A stretch of 64,000 bases of DNA from Escherichia phage SP27: sequence record LC494302.1; one strand, written 5' to 3'. The position numbers and the translations under genes were made by a program. Numbering within the stretch: position 1 is the stretch's first letter; each line of letters starts with the position of its first letter. This document shows positions 46,162-55,923 of the stretch, one piece after another. The notes under the pieces were generated by a model. The model ran no database searches. It had not been told where the DNA came from and saw nothing but the letters and a program-made list of their open reading frames with translations.

Positions 46162-46581
46162 ATGAGTTATTTGTTTACTTTAATTGATAAGTATGTTGAC
46201 ATTGTATACCGTCAAGTTTGTAGTGATACGTTTGAAACAAAAAACCCAATTAGAGATGGCATTTTTGATGTTGTCGTTGGATCATTTTTGAATGGATACA
46301 CAGAGACATTATACAACAGTAATAATATTTTTATTTCAGTTCAATCCAGACATACATCAGACTATGCTGTTAGCATTGATATTTGGGAAAATAATATAGA
46401 AATAGATATAACGGAACATACTAACATTCATGTTGATGATACATTTAATCAATTAACTGAAGAAATGTACTTGCAGTTGAATTTTGTACATGATCTTACA
46501 AATATCAGTTATGATACATTAAGGAAAATATGTTTTCTTAGTGGGGTGATCCGTAGTAATATGAGTAAGGATAGGAAGTGA
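46162..46581 (+). CDS. FQxS-module family paralog
   Basis: C-terminal TEEMYLQLNFVHDLTNISYDTL; AGGTG RBS. Confidence 0.5.
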   Translation: MSYLFTLIDKYVDIVYRQVCSDTFETKNPIRDGIFDVVVGSFLNGYTETLYNSNNIFISVQSRHTSDYAVSIDIWENNIEIDITEHTNIHVDDTFNQLTEEMYLQLNFVHDLTNISYDTLRKICFLSGVIRSNMSKDRK

Positions 46582-46582
46582 A

Positions 46583-46999
46583 ATGTTAAAAATTCCACCT
46601 AAGTCGTTAACACATCTTATTGAATGTGGTGTAATATTTTCCGAAGGTGATACCTCATCATACACATTGGTCGATGAACCTTATAATTTTTCATACCAAT
46701 CTTATAAAAATAATTCTAAAATTTCTTGTAGATATGCTGAAAACATATTAATAGATGTTTCGTTACATAATGTTCCGAAATTTTACATTGATATCTTTGG
46801 TGATTCTTTGACAATTCGAACATATGATTATTTTATTAATAAAGACCTCTTGAGTCTTCCAATTGAACATGATACTATAGATTCAGAGATGTTCTTTCAA
46901 CTATCAACAGTTTACGATTTACAGGGTTTAACTGTTGAGCAGTTGAATGGAATATTTGAGATTTCACGAAACATACGAAGCAGGAATAAAAATGTCTAA
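46583..46999 (+). CDS. FQxS-module family paralog
   Basis: C-terminal DSEMFFQLSTVYDLQGLTVEQLNGIF. Confidence 0.55.
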   Translation: MLKIPPKSLTHLIECGVIFSEGDTSSYTLVDEPYNFSYQSYKNNSKISCRYAENILIDVSLHNVPKFYIDIFGDSLTIRTYDYFINKDLLSLPIEHDTIDSEMFFQLSTVYDLQGLTVEQLNGIFEISRNIRSRNKNV

Positions 47000-47393
47000 T
47001 ATTTTAAATGAAAAAACAGTTGATGTTGTTATTGGTGTTCTTAACACCGCAACTTCATTTCAGAAGAAACACAGTGTTGTATACTTTGGTGAAGATTGTT
47101 GGCTGAACTATACTAATAATTCGTTTATAATTCGTGTAGAGGCTGATGATATTGGATTAACCGTTCAGGTAGGATGTGCCAAAACTGACAAACAAATCAC
47201 TGTCATTGTTGATAAACTTACGTCTTCTTTTTATGATAGTATAGATGATTGTGAACACTATAGTTCAACATTTTATGATACAGAAGAAGAACATTTTATG
47301 GAAAGTACTGTTCAAGAGTTAGCTATTCCATATAAGCTAATGAAAGCCGTGAGTGATTTAATTTTAAAATATAAAAAAAATAGGAGTTACTAA
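46992..47393 (+). CDS. FQxS-module family paralog
   Basis: C-terminal TEEEHFMESTVQELAIPY; start placed at ATG 46992. Confidence 0.5.
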   Translation: MSNILNEKTVDVVIGVLNTATSFQKKHSVVYFGEDCWLNYTNNSFIIRVEADDIGLTVQVGCAKTDKQITVIVDKLTSSFYDSIDDCEHYSSTFYDTEEEHFMESTVQELAIPYKLMKAVSDLILKYKKNRSY

Positions 47394-47839
47394 TGCAATT
47401 TAATGGTAAAGTTTCCAAAGTAGGTTTGGTTTTTGAAAACTGTGAATTTGTTGATATTGATGTAAAGAATGTTTTATGGATGCATATTGCTGATGAGAAG
47501 ACTCTTTGTAGCCGTTTTTCAAACGGACTGACAATTAGTACTGTTATCGGTGAGTTCGGTATTGCATTACGCAGCAATACACCATCGGATTTCATGGACA
47601 ACTCTACACTGTTAGACCGTTTAAAAATGCGTGACGTTACACACGTTTATCTATATGATACTAACGGTGTTGAACAGCGTTATGTAGTTGAATGGGCTAA
47701 TTATAACCTTAGTGATCAATATTCAGTAAACCAGCGTGTTCAAATCACCCCTGGTGGTAATATTGTGTTTGTTAGTTCAACTGGTAAATTAATCAGTGTA
47801 GATGATAAAAACATTGACCTATTCACAGCATATAACTAA
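47393..47839 (+). CDS. hypothetical protein
   Basis: 148 aa ORF. Confidence 0.5.
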   Translation: MQFNGKVSKVGLVFENCEFVDIDVKNVLWMHIADEKTLCSRFSNGLTISTVIGEFGIALRSNTPSDFMDNSTLLDRLKMRDVTHVYLYDTNGVEQRYVVEWANYNLSDQYSVNQRVQITPGGNIVFVSSTGKLISVDDKNIDLFTAYN

Positions 47840-47850
47840 TACGAGCTTCC

Positions 47851-48270
47851 ATGAAAACAATCAAAATTCATTTCAAAGACACTTGGACAGAAGTAAGTAC
47901 TGGTAATATTCAGGATATTTTATATAGTACTGAAACTATTCATGTTTATGATGAAGAGACTGCTTCCGAGCAGTTAAAAGTTTTGCATCGTAGTGTTGGT
48001 GTGCACACTGAATATGGCATTAAACATACTCGTGAATTACTTAATACTAATCACATTGAAACCCGTAAAGCAAACTTATCAAAAGAAGAAATGTTCGATT
48101 TCATCCTGAACCATAAAGTTCATATTGAGCCTGATGGGTCTATATGGGAGAACACTGCTGGACAAAAAGTGCTGAAAAAATATCATGTTTCAATTGATAA
48201 TGTAAAAATGTCAGGGTATGATTTGGAAGATGCAATTAATGAATATGTATCTAGGCAGAGGGCAAATTGA
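47851..48270 (+). CDS. hypothetical protein
   Basis: 139 aa ORF. Confidence 0.5.
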   Translation: MKTIKIHFKDTWTEVSTGNIQDILYSTETIHVYDEETASEQLKVLHRSVGVHTEYGIKHTRELLNTNHIETRKANLSKEEMFDFILNHKVHIEPDGSIWENTAGQKVLKKYHVSIDNVKMSGYDLEDAINEYVSRQRAN

Positions 48271-48641
48271 TGAGCTTGATAACATTTACAATTATTTGTT
48301 GCATTACTATTGTACTTTGTCGCCTGATTCATGTATACTCATATCATAAAGCGTTGCGAATCGAACAAGAGATTTACAACGAAAACCGAGAACCAGAACC
48401 AGTCAAGAAGCCACCATCACCTTATGGGTTGAAACGTGAGATGCATTCTCAAAGTAAAAAGTGGGGTTATGCAATTACTAAAAATGGCTACATCTATACT
48501 GCAAGTAATGGTTATTTTCAAATTCACCACGAATTAGAAGTGGCAGTTCAAATTTTGTGGGAGATGGAGGACATTGGTGGTTATGAGCGTACTAAGTTTG
48601 AATTCATATCAAATGATCCAGGAACTTCACGAGAAACATGA
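48267..48641 (+). CDS. membrane-anchored protein
   Basis: N-terminal LITFTIICCITIVLC TM helix. Confidence 0.5.
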   Translation: MMSLITFTIICCITIVLCRLIHVYSYHKALRIEQEIYNENREPEPVKKPPSPYGLKREMHSQSKKWGYAITKNGYIYTASNGYFQIHHELEVAVQILWEMEDIGGYERTKFEFISNDPGTSRET

Positions 48642-48675
48642 TATAATTGTTGATGTGGAGAAGAAGGAAGTCGTT

Positions 48676-48786
48676 ATGAAAAAGCAAGCATATAGAATTT
48701 TAGAAGACTTCCATCTAAAAGCATTTATAATGAAGTTCTGTACAGATGAACATCTTACCGGACGAGTAATACGTAAGGAGTTGTAA
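48676..48786 (+). CDS. small hypothetical protein
   Basis: AAGGAAG RBS then ATG 48676; the longer alternative (from 48574) overlaps the upstream gene. Confidence 0.3.
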   Translation: MKKQAYRILEDFHLKAFIMKFCTDEHLTGRVIRKEL

Positions 48787-49128
48787 ATGAACTTAAGTTC
48801 AACAATTCAGTACTTGAGCAGTAACTTCGAGAAAATTATTTCTCGCGGTGGGATGATTGTACACCCAGAAACAGAGGAAATGTACATCATTGGATTTGAT
48901 AAAAATTCTTATGATCAAGTACTTGTAATTTCCAAGTTAGAAAGTTATAATGAAGTTGTTCAGTTTTGCTGTACCGAATTTGGTATCTATATTAAAGACG
49001 CTGAAACTAATACAATTTCGCATTATTTTTACCACACACTGATGGGTACTAAAGACTTCGGCTTGAAGTTCGATGATTTAGTACAATGTCACTATATGTT
49101 TAAAACCTTCCCAGCTAGTGGGCATTAA
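48787..49128 (+). CDS. hypothetical protein
   Basis: 113 aa ORF. Confidence 0.5.
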   Translation: MNLSSTIQYLSSNFEKIISRGGMIVHPETEEMYIIGFDKNSYDQVLVISKLESYNEVVQFCCTEFGIYIKDAETNTISHYFYHTLMGTKDFGLKFDDLVQCHYMFKTFPASGH

Positions 49129-49141
49129 GGAGTATATCAAT

Positions 49142-49930
49142 ATGAGCAACATTTTCTTCAAAACTATTTCTTTCAAAAAAGCATCTTACTCCTACGCCTA
49201 CGTTGATGGTAAAGTGCTTAATATTGTACTGGATGGTGTTGACGTACCAGTTGAATTTAAAACACATGAAGAAGCAGTTGAAGGTGCTAAAGAATTGAAT
49301 TCAATTCTTAATGGTGAAGTAAGTCAAAAACAACATGTAAAATCTGATTTAGATGTACTTTTGGAAAAAATCAAAACTGGTGAAGTATTAGAAATTTTAG
49401 ACAACTGTAATGAAAAACTTCGTAATGTAGTTAATAATGTTCGTGACCAGATTCAAGAAAAAGCACTAGAGCAAGCATTCAAACATGTATCCAAGAATGC
49501 TGAATCTCGTATTGACGGTATGGTTAAAAATCTTGATGATGTACTATCTCATCTCTTTACTAAAGAATACGAACAAGAAGTTGAAGAAGAACCAGTAAAA
49601 GAAACTAAAAAAGAAAAACGTAGCTTTGGCTCAGGTGATGATGTGTTTGGTTTTACGAATGTCAGAACAAGTGCAGATGAACCAAAAGAAATTAGTGAGA
49701 TGCTCATTGGTGACATGACAACTAAGCAGCTTCGTAATGAAATTGACAAGTTTGTAACTAGTTGTATCAAATCAGAACGTGCACAAAGTATGTTTAAAAG
49801 CATTAGTGAGAACTTTGGTCCAGAAGCAACTGAGCAGGCACTAACTGCATTTAAAGAATTGATTTATAATGTAGCCATTAGCAATCCAGATAAAACACTT
49901 GAAGAAGTTCTACGTGACAATTTCAAATAA
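49142..49930 (+). CDS. hypothetical protein
   Basis: TAAGGAG RBS then ATG 49142; acidic, Lys/Glu-rich. Confidence 0.5.
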   Translation: MSNIFFKTISFKKASYSYAYVDGKVLNIVLDGVDVPVEFKTHEEAVEGAKELNSILNGEVSQKQHVKSDLDVLLEKIKTGEVLEILDNCNEKLRNVVNNVRDQIQEKALEQAFKHVSKNAESRIDGMVKNLDDVLSHLFTKEYEQEVEEEPVKETKKEKRSFGSGDDVFGFTNVRTSADEPKEISEMLIGDMTTKQLRNEIDKFVTSCIKSERAQSMFKSISENFGPEATEQALTAFKELIYNVAISNPDKTLEEVLRDNFK

Positions 49931-49942
49931 TTAGATAAAATT

Positions 49943-49972
49943 AAAGCCACTACAATGTAGTGGCTTTTTTTA
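49943..49972. terminator. bidirectional terminator between convergent genes
   Basis: aaagccacta caatg tagtggcttttttt; A-run on one side, T-run on the other. Confidence 0.6.
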
Positions 49973-51127
49973 TTATGCGTTGTAACCAACTATTACGACT
50001 GAGCAGTCAAGCGGTTCTACTACTTTAAGAATTACATTATCATCTTCATCCACTTGTATTTCACTATGAACTACATGATTGTCTGAAGAATATAATTGAA
50101 CTTGTGGTAGTGCTTTACCATGTTCAGTTACTGGAACTGAGATAGAGTACATAGAGTCTTCACCGAGAACCCACTCACTTAAAGTATATTCTTTATGGAA
50201 AGGAGTAGTATGCAGTGTTTTTCCGATTATACTCAAAGAAACAGGTAAATTATCAGTTTGATACACAGTAATATTACCTTCTGCGTCTACAGAAAGATCT
50301 ACACCAACTTGATATAAGTCACCACTGTATGCTTGAAGTGCTAAGTACTGTCCACGATCATGAACATCAAATGGAACAACCGCAGAAAATACACCTTCCG
50401 AAACAGGTTCAAATTGGGATAGAAGAACTGATGTAACAAAATCAATATCCTCACCACTTTCAAGAACATCAAATTCCACCACTTTAGTGTTATAATATGG
50501 AGAAGTGAGCGTAGCAGTACCTTTCCCTGATTGTGTGATAACATCAACTGGAATTGTAAATGCATCATTAACAAATTGGGTAGTAAAGTATTCTGTCCCG
50601 TCTGGTAATACGATTGTTATTACCATACCGTTAGTATCAATTTCTGAACCAGTGTTGAATAATTTACCACTAATTGAGTCATTACCAACAAATACTGGTG
50701 AAATGAGAATATTATCTATATCACGATCTATAATACCACATTCAGGTGTATACATATGATACAAGGTTTGTGAACTACCTAAAATTGTTTTATGTAGCAT
50801 AAATTTATATACAAATCCAGTATCAGTTTCTTGTGGCTCTTCAGAATATCCACGAACAAAGAAACAATTTTTATTAATTTCACTTAATAGTTGGTCATTA
50901 GTTTTATTGTAATTTAATATATAACCTTTATTATCTTTAGTTGTTATTTGTACTTTACGATATATTATATTAGTTCTTGGATCAACTAAATCATATAATC
51001 TATGGCTTCTTTGGCGATAGATTCTAATATTTTTTAGTCTAGTTCCATCGTTGAGGATTGCACCATCAACAACATAACCACATTCACCAAACTTATAGCG
51101 TCCAGCCGCAGCAATTGACCTTGACAT
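49973..51127 (-). CDS. hypothetical protein (384 aa); only minus-strand gene in the window
   Basis: Long minus-strand ORF converging on a bidirectional terminator at 49943-49972; rich in Thr/Ser/Val/Gly, beta-rich-looking. Confidence 0.55.
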   Translation of the reverse strand: MSRSIAAAGRYKFGECGYVVDGAILNDGTRLKNIRIYRQRSHRLYDLVDPRTNIIYRKVQITTKDNKGYILNYNKTNDQLLSEINKNCFFVRGYSEEPQETDTGFVYKFMLHKTILGSSQTLYHMYTPECGIIDRDIDNILISPVFVGNDSISGKLFNTGSEIDTNGMVITIVLPDGTEYFTTQFVNDAFTIPVDVITQSGKGTATLTSPYYNTKVVEFDVLESGEDIDFVTSVLLSQFEPVSEGVFSAVVPFDVHDRGQYLALQAYSGDLYQVGVDLSVDAEGNITVYQTDNLPVSLSIIGKTLHTTPFHKEYTLSEWVLGEDSMYSISVPVTEHGKALPQVQLYSSDNHVVHSEIQVDEDDNVILKVVEPLDCSVVIVGYNA

Positions 51128-51187
51128 TTATCCCTCCATTGGTATAATTATTATAACGTATTTATTATGCATATCCAAAAAATGAGC

Positions 51188-51216
51188 TTGACTGGTGTAT
51201 GATTTGGTGTTATCAT
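51188..51216 (+). promoter_or_regulatory. sigma70-like promoter (TTGACT-N17-TATCAT)
   Basis: ttgactggtgtatgatttggtgttatcat. Confidence 0.4.
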
Positions 51217-51243
51217 GTAGTGAATGAATAATGAGGTGTTTTT

Positions 51244-51828
51244 ATGAATGTTATTGATAATAGATTAGTACTGAAAAATGGAAAAATGACTGTTAAGTTA
51301 TATAAAGATGAAGCTGATTCTTTTATGGCAAAAGCGATTGAAAAATCAGAACGATATAAACTTTTGGCTCCAGCAAGTAAATCGCCATATGGTTTTAATC
51401 ATGCACATAGTCATTTTGTTGGTATGGTGTGTGAGCACGCATCTTTAGTACTTTTTAATGAAATTGAAAACAATACTGGTATTAAACTTAATATCGATCC
51501 AGCATTCCAAAATGAAGCACGTGACGGTGAATGTGATATTAAGGTAAACAACCTTCGTATTGAAGTAAAAGGTATCAAGTATAAATCATGGACTGACTTT
51601 GGACCATGTGTTAGTACTCGACAGTTAAAAAATATCCAGAAAAAAGCTGACGTAATACTATGGGTATTGTATAATGAGAAAAAACAAGAGTTCACGTTTG
51701 AGGGATTCAACTATGTAAAAGATATTAGTTCTATCCCAGTTATCCTCACTGGTGTACCAGGGCGACCAATGATTGAAAATCACCCAGTACTCGGTATTAT
51801 GAAACCACTACAGGAGTTACCATTGTGA
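51244..51828 (+). CDS. hypothetical protein
   Basis: 194 aa ORF after promoter 51188-51216. Confidence 0.5.
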   Translation: MNVIDNRLVLKNGKMTVKLYKDEADSFMAKAIEKSERYKLLAPASKSPYGFNHAHSHFVGMVCEHASLVLFNEIENNTGIKLNIDPAFQNEARDGECDIKVNNLRIEVKGIKYKSWTDFGPCVSTRQLKNIQKKADVILWVLYNEKKQEFTFEGFNYVKDISSIPVILTGVPGRPMIENHPVLGIMKPLQELPL

Positions 51829-52052
51829 TTACTGCAACTGTATATCAAGATATCAATGAAGAATTTCATTCTAAAATTGCGTTCTTATCATTTCCTGTAC
51901 TCCCAGTAGTTGGGTCAACGTTGAATCTTACCATTTGTGGGTTTGAGAAATATTATAAAGTTCTAGATATTGAGTACTGTGCTGATGTATATTCATGTAA
52001 TAGTGAAATTGCAATTCCAGTATCAATCGATATTATTGTAAAAGAGGTTTGA
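51825..52052 (+). CDS. hypothetical protein
   Basis: 75 aa ORF. Confidence 0.45.
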   Translation: MITATVYQDINEEFHSKIAFLSFPVLPVVGSTLNLTICGFEKYYKVLDIEYCADVYSCNSEIAIPVSIDIIVKEV

Positions 52053-52510
52053 TTATGTTTAAGAATTTTATGGTTATCGTAGCAGTACTGTTTGGTACAT
52101 CATGTTTTATTTCCCCAGTACACGCAGAAGAACAACGTCAAACTATTAAAACTATTGGGACTGGTAAAACTCCCCCTAAACGTACTGCTGACGAATACAT
52201 GCCTGAAATGCGTGAACGTTATCGTCAGACATACAGGGAAAAACATGCTAATGATAAACCCATCAAGAAGCATAAATGGGAAGTTGTTAAATCTCCTTCA
52301 TTTTGTGCTGGATATGCTAAAGTAAAGATTGAGCAGCACAAAAACCAGTACTATAAAGATATGTATTACTTCTATGACTCCAGAATTTCTGACACAGATA
52401 TGATGGCAGGGAAGGTTGATAAAGAAGAATTTCTACAAGGCTATGATATGATGGACGATGACAAAATCATGGAATGCGTTGAAGTGTATGAAAAATACAG
52501 AGGCTTCTGA
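52049..52510 (+). CDS. secreted/periplasmic protein (signal peptide)
   Basis: N-terminal MIMFKNFMVIVAVLFGTSCFISPVHA is signal-peptide-like. Confidence 0.5.
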   Translation: MIMFKNFMVIVAVLFGTSCFISPVHAEEQRQTIKTIGTGKTPPKRTADEYMPEMRERYRQTYREKHANDKPIKKHKWEVVKSPSFCAGYAKVKIEQHKNQYYKDMYYFYDSRISDTDMMAGKVDKEEFLQGYDMMDDDKIMECVEVYEKYRGF

Positions 52511-52986
52511 TGTTAACAATAGTGTTGTTGGTAAGTCCATTTGTGTATTTTGTGCTGTATAATATTTTTAGTAATGCTAATCATTTTAAATATGCACAAA
52601 CAATTGCAAAGCATGAAGGTTTTTGGAATTTTTTCCCAGCATTACTATGCTCATATCTATACCATGAACGCTATTTCATTTTTCCTGAATATAAAAATTA
52701 TGGTTATGATTCTAAAGTAAATGGTATAATTGAGTACTGTATAAGAAATTATCTTAATAATAATGATAACGTCCAAGTAAGAATAGGAAATGGTAATATA
52801 TCAAGAATAGTTTTCATACCTGATATACAAGATCCAATATACTTATATCCATATGATTATAGTATTAGTGTAGGTTGTTCGATACATGGTAGTAAATCTA
52901 TGTACGATTACTTTATCTTACCACCAACACAAATTAGATTAATAGAAAAATATTTGAGGGAAAAGTTTGACAACAAAGATTCTTAG
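52510..52986 (+). CDS. membrane-anchored protein
   Basis: N-terminal hydrophobic helix LTIVLLVSPFVYFVLY. Confidence 0.45.
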   Translation: MLTIVLLVSPFVYFVLYNIFSNANHFKYAQTIAKHEGFWNFFPALLCSYLYHERYFIFPEYKNYGYDSKVNGIIEYCIRNYLNNNDNVQVRIGNGNISRIVFIPDIQDPIYLYPYDYSISVGCSIHGSKSMYDYFILPPTQIRLIEKYLREKFDNKDS

Positions 52987-53027
52987 TATTATAATTAACA
53001 CACCAAGTAACCCAAGGGGGATGGAAA

Positions 53028-53486
53028 ATGGATGTATTAGCTACAAATTTCAAACGTAATGTTGAAGAGCGTGAAGGTTATTTTAGTATTAGTGAAGTTG
53101 TCGATGACAATTTTAAACAATACATTTTTAATAGTGCAATTAAATTAAAATGCACAAAAGATTCACCTGATCGTAGCTTTACTAAATGGATTGCGTATTG
53201 GGAAGATTCACCAGTTGCAATTGAAATGACTGTGATTACAACAGTACTTGAAACTGGTTACATCAAAGCCATTATAGTTGATAAGAAAGTCCGTACTCTT
53301 GATGAAATTAATCCATATCCAGCCCGAAATTCTAAAGTTTTTGGTGTATTGGTTGATGGTAAATTTATGATAGAAAAAGATGCAAAGGAATATGTAATTA
53401 ATAAACTTCAAACTACAGCAGAAAAAAAAGAAGTAGTGGATCAAAACTCAGTTGATGCAATCAAAAAAGCATGGGGACTAAAGTGA
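53028..53486 (+). CDS. hypothetical protein
   Basis: 152 aa ORF after GGGGGA RBS. Confidence 0.5.
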   Translation: MDVLATNFKRNVEEREGYFSISEVVDDNFKQYIFNSAIKLKCTKDSPDRSFTKWIAYWEDSPVAIEMTVITTVLETGYIKAIIVDKKVRTLDEINPYPARNSKVFGVLVDGKFMIEKDAKEYVINKLQTTAEKKEVVDQNSVDAIKKAWGLK

Positions 53487-53487
53487 T

Positions 53488-53910
53488 ATGTTCACACTAA
53501 GTAATGCAAAATATCTTTTTCTTATTGGTATTATTGGTTGGGTTATGGCTCCAGTGCTAAATGCACTGGGGTTTTCCGATGAACATAAACTTGTAAATGT
53601 TTCAGGTTTAATTCAGGGTATTTCATGGTATACATTAATTACATTTTCAGTGTGCATCAATACATTTGCCCGTGATTATCGACGTTTGTTATATCTGAAA
53701 GTATTTGGAACTACACGATATAGTTTTGTTTACACTTTCATTTTATTACCGTGCATGTTATATGCATTTGTATTTGATTACTATACATATCTATGGGTAT
53801 GTGGAACTATGTTTGTTATGTTGGAATACATCAGAACTGTTCAAAACTCATATGCCGATGAGTTTCATGATCTAGAAGTTAAACGAAAATTAACGGAGCT
53901 AAACAAATGA
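53488..53910 (+). CDS. multi-pass membrane protein
   Basis: Several hydrophobic helices. Confidence 0.5.
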   Translation: MFTLSNAKYLFLIGIIGWVMAPVLNALGFSDEHKLVNVSGLIQGISWYTLITFSVCINTFARDYRRLLYLKVFGTTRYSFVYTFILLPCMLYAFVFDYYTYLWVCGTMFVMLEYIRTVQNSYADEFHDLEVKRKLTELNK

Positions 53911-54332
53911 GAGGCTATAATAAGATTTGTATTTTTGTATTTTTAGTTTGTGCATTCAATTCGTTTGGTTACTACTGTACAGAAAATAATATTTCATATG
54001 GTTTAAATCCTTTGTGGTTTACAATTTCCAATGTAGCACAAATTGGTATTGCTCTTATGTCTGCACTTATGTTCTGTCCAATTGTCACTATGGATACGGA
54101 TCATGAAAGGCTTGGATTTCTCCGTGATACTGGAGACGAACCTTACAGTAGATTGATTGTGTTGTATCCATTTATTGTTATTTTAGGTACTAACATCCAA
54201 CTTGGGTCATTATCTAATAGTGTTACATCAGCAGCTATTGCTATATTTGCATTCACATTTTTTATGGTACACAAATCAGTACTTAATTGGTATATCACAA
54301 AAATGGCAGAAGAAGGTACTAAAAATACTTGA
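53907..54332 (+). CDS. multi-pass membrane protein
   Basis: Several hydrophobic helices. Confidence 0.5.
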   Translation: MRGYNKICIFVFLVCAFNSFGYYCTENNISYGLNPLWFTISNVAQIGIALMSALMFCPIVTMDTDHERLGFLRDTGDEPYSRLIVLYPFIVILGTNIQLGSLSNSVTSAAIAIFAFTFFMVHKSVLNWYITKMAEEGTKNT

Positions 54333-54358
54333 CATAATTTAGTATGTTATATATAATT
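54329..54358 (+). promoter_or_regulatory. sigma70-like promoter
   Basis: ttgacataatttagtatgttatatataat. Confidence 0.45.
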
Positions 54359-54391
54359 ATTTTGTTAAAAACAAATTAGAGTAAGGAACTT

Positions 54392-54643
54392 ATGAACATC
54401 GATACGGTCAAAGAACTTAGTGCTGCACTAATTAAGAATGAAGAAGTTTGTGAAGAACTTCGCAGTACTATCAAAGTTGAGTACGCACGACTCCAAGGTA
54501 TGCTTCAAGAATCAGAATGGGTAGTAACTAAATCTATCGAAGCAATCTATAAGGATATCGAATCCCTTTTCAACAAGAAAAGTAAGATTGAATCTGATTC
54601 ATATAACAAACGTAAAGAGTTATCTACTGCACTTGGTATCTAA
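54392..54643 (+). CDS. hypothetical protein
   Basis: 83 aa ORF after promoter 54329-54358. Confidence 0.45.
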   Translation: MNIDTVKELSAALIKNEEVCEELRSTIKVEYARLQGMLQESEWVVTKSIEAIYKDIESLFNKKSKIESDSYNKRKELSTALGI

Positions 54644-54649
54644 AAGTAT

Positions 54650-54678
54650 TTGACATAACAAATAATATGGAGTACAAT
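54650..54678 (+). promoter_or_regulatory. sigma70-like promoter (TTGACA-N17-TACAAT)
   Basis: ttgacataacaaataatatggagtacaat. Confidence 0.5.
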
Positions 54679-54717
54679 GTGCTCCTAATTTAATTATCAG
54701 CTAGAAAGGAAAACATT

Positions 54718-54978
54718 ATGAAATCTATTCTCGTTGCAGTTAACCTAGTTGCTTCCCCATCTTTCAACTTCAAACAAGTGGTTGCTGATAATCTGAAGAA
54801 GATCTGTCCAAACGCTGAATTAACTTTCTGTGTGTTTGATTCAGAAAAAGTAACTAAAGTTGATCTAAACTATCTTTTGAACGAAGTAAAAAGCGTTTCT
54901 GGTGAAAGTAACTTAAAAGTTCTTCATGATATTGCTGATGATTATGATGATACACTTGTAATTTCGGAGAAATTCTAA
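54718..54978 (+). CDS. hypothetical protein
   Basis: 86 aa ORF after promoter 54650-54678. Confidence 0.45.
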   Translation: MKSILVAVNLVASPSFNFKQVVADNLKKICPNAELTFCVFDSEKVTKVDLNYLLNEVKSVSGESNLKVLHDIADDYDDTLVISEKF

Positions 54979-54983
54979 ATAAA

Positions 54984-55403
54984 ATGTTTAGATTTCTTCA
55001 GTACTTAATCATTAAATTTTTTGGCTATTATACGATTGAAGGCAAAGCTACACTCGCACATAGAATCTTTGTAGCATTATGTACGGGTGATTATGACGTA
55101 TTGAATAAGTACTGTAAATCTAAAGCATGTATTGATATAATGGCACTTCGTATCTATGAGTGCCGTTCCAATAGATACAATTTTTACCAATACAGATTTG
55201 ATGAAAAAGAATTTGATAGCATCAAAATGCTTAAGAATTTATGTAACAATAAAAAGAATATGCATATATCAGAATTTGTTGCTTTGTATTTTTATTTAAA
55301 AAGTTCATTGTATATGAACACAATGCAAAGATTCGATACTAGAATTAATGTATTCACCGATAAAGAATTTTATATATACGATAAATTCTTAGATAAGGTT
55401 TAA
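54984..55403 (+). CDS. hypothetical protein
   Basis: 139 aa ORF. Confidence 0.45.
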   Translation: MFRFLQYLIIKFFGYYTIEGKATLAHRIFVALCTGDYDVLNKYCKSKACIDIMALRIYECRSNRYNFYQYRFDEKEFDSIKMLKNLCNNKKNMHISEFVALYFYLKSSLYMNTMQRFDTRINVFTDKEFYIYDKFLDKV

Positions 55404-55404
55404 T

Positions 55405-55902
55405 ATGACAACTGTTTATATTGATAAACGATTAAATTTATTGATTACCGATTCTAGAGTTACGTCAACTATACCACGAAACTTATTTGGTTTTTTCCCA
55501 CTAAGACCAAAATATCAATATGGAGTTGTTAATCAAAAAACTTTATATGTACATGACCGTTTATTCAGTGCTAGTGGGGTAGTAAGTGAAATTGATAAAG
55601 TACTGGATTGGTTAATTAATAAAGTACCAGTTATACCTGACAGAAAGTTAAGTTGCCATTGTGTGCTTCTTTCTAAAGATTATGTTATTCATATGATTTT
55701 AACTAAAGGAAAGTTTATTAAAAAACTTGAATATCTACATGAAGACTACACTTTCTTTATGGGAAGTGGTGGAGAATACATGCTAGATGCTGCTATTCAT
55801 GAAGAACATACAACTTTATATGATAAAGTGTTTAGTACTTTCATGGATGTGCACAACCATGATTGCTTCACAGATGATAATATTAATGTATATCGATTTT
55901 GA
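55405..55902 (+). CDS. hypothetical protein
   Basis: 165 aa ORF. Confidence 0.45.
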   Translation: MTTVYIDKRLNLLITDSRVTSTIPRNLFGFFPLRPKYQYGVVNQKTLYVHDRLFSASGVVSEIDKVLDWLINKVPVIPDRKLSCHCVLLSKDYVIHMILTKGKFIKKLEYLHEDYTFFMGSGGEYMLDAAIHEEHTTLYDKVFSTFMDVHNHDCFTDDNINVYRF

Positions 55903-55923
55903 TTTCGTCATTAGGAGATGTAA

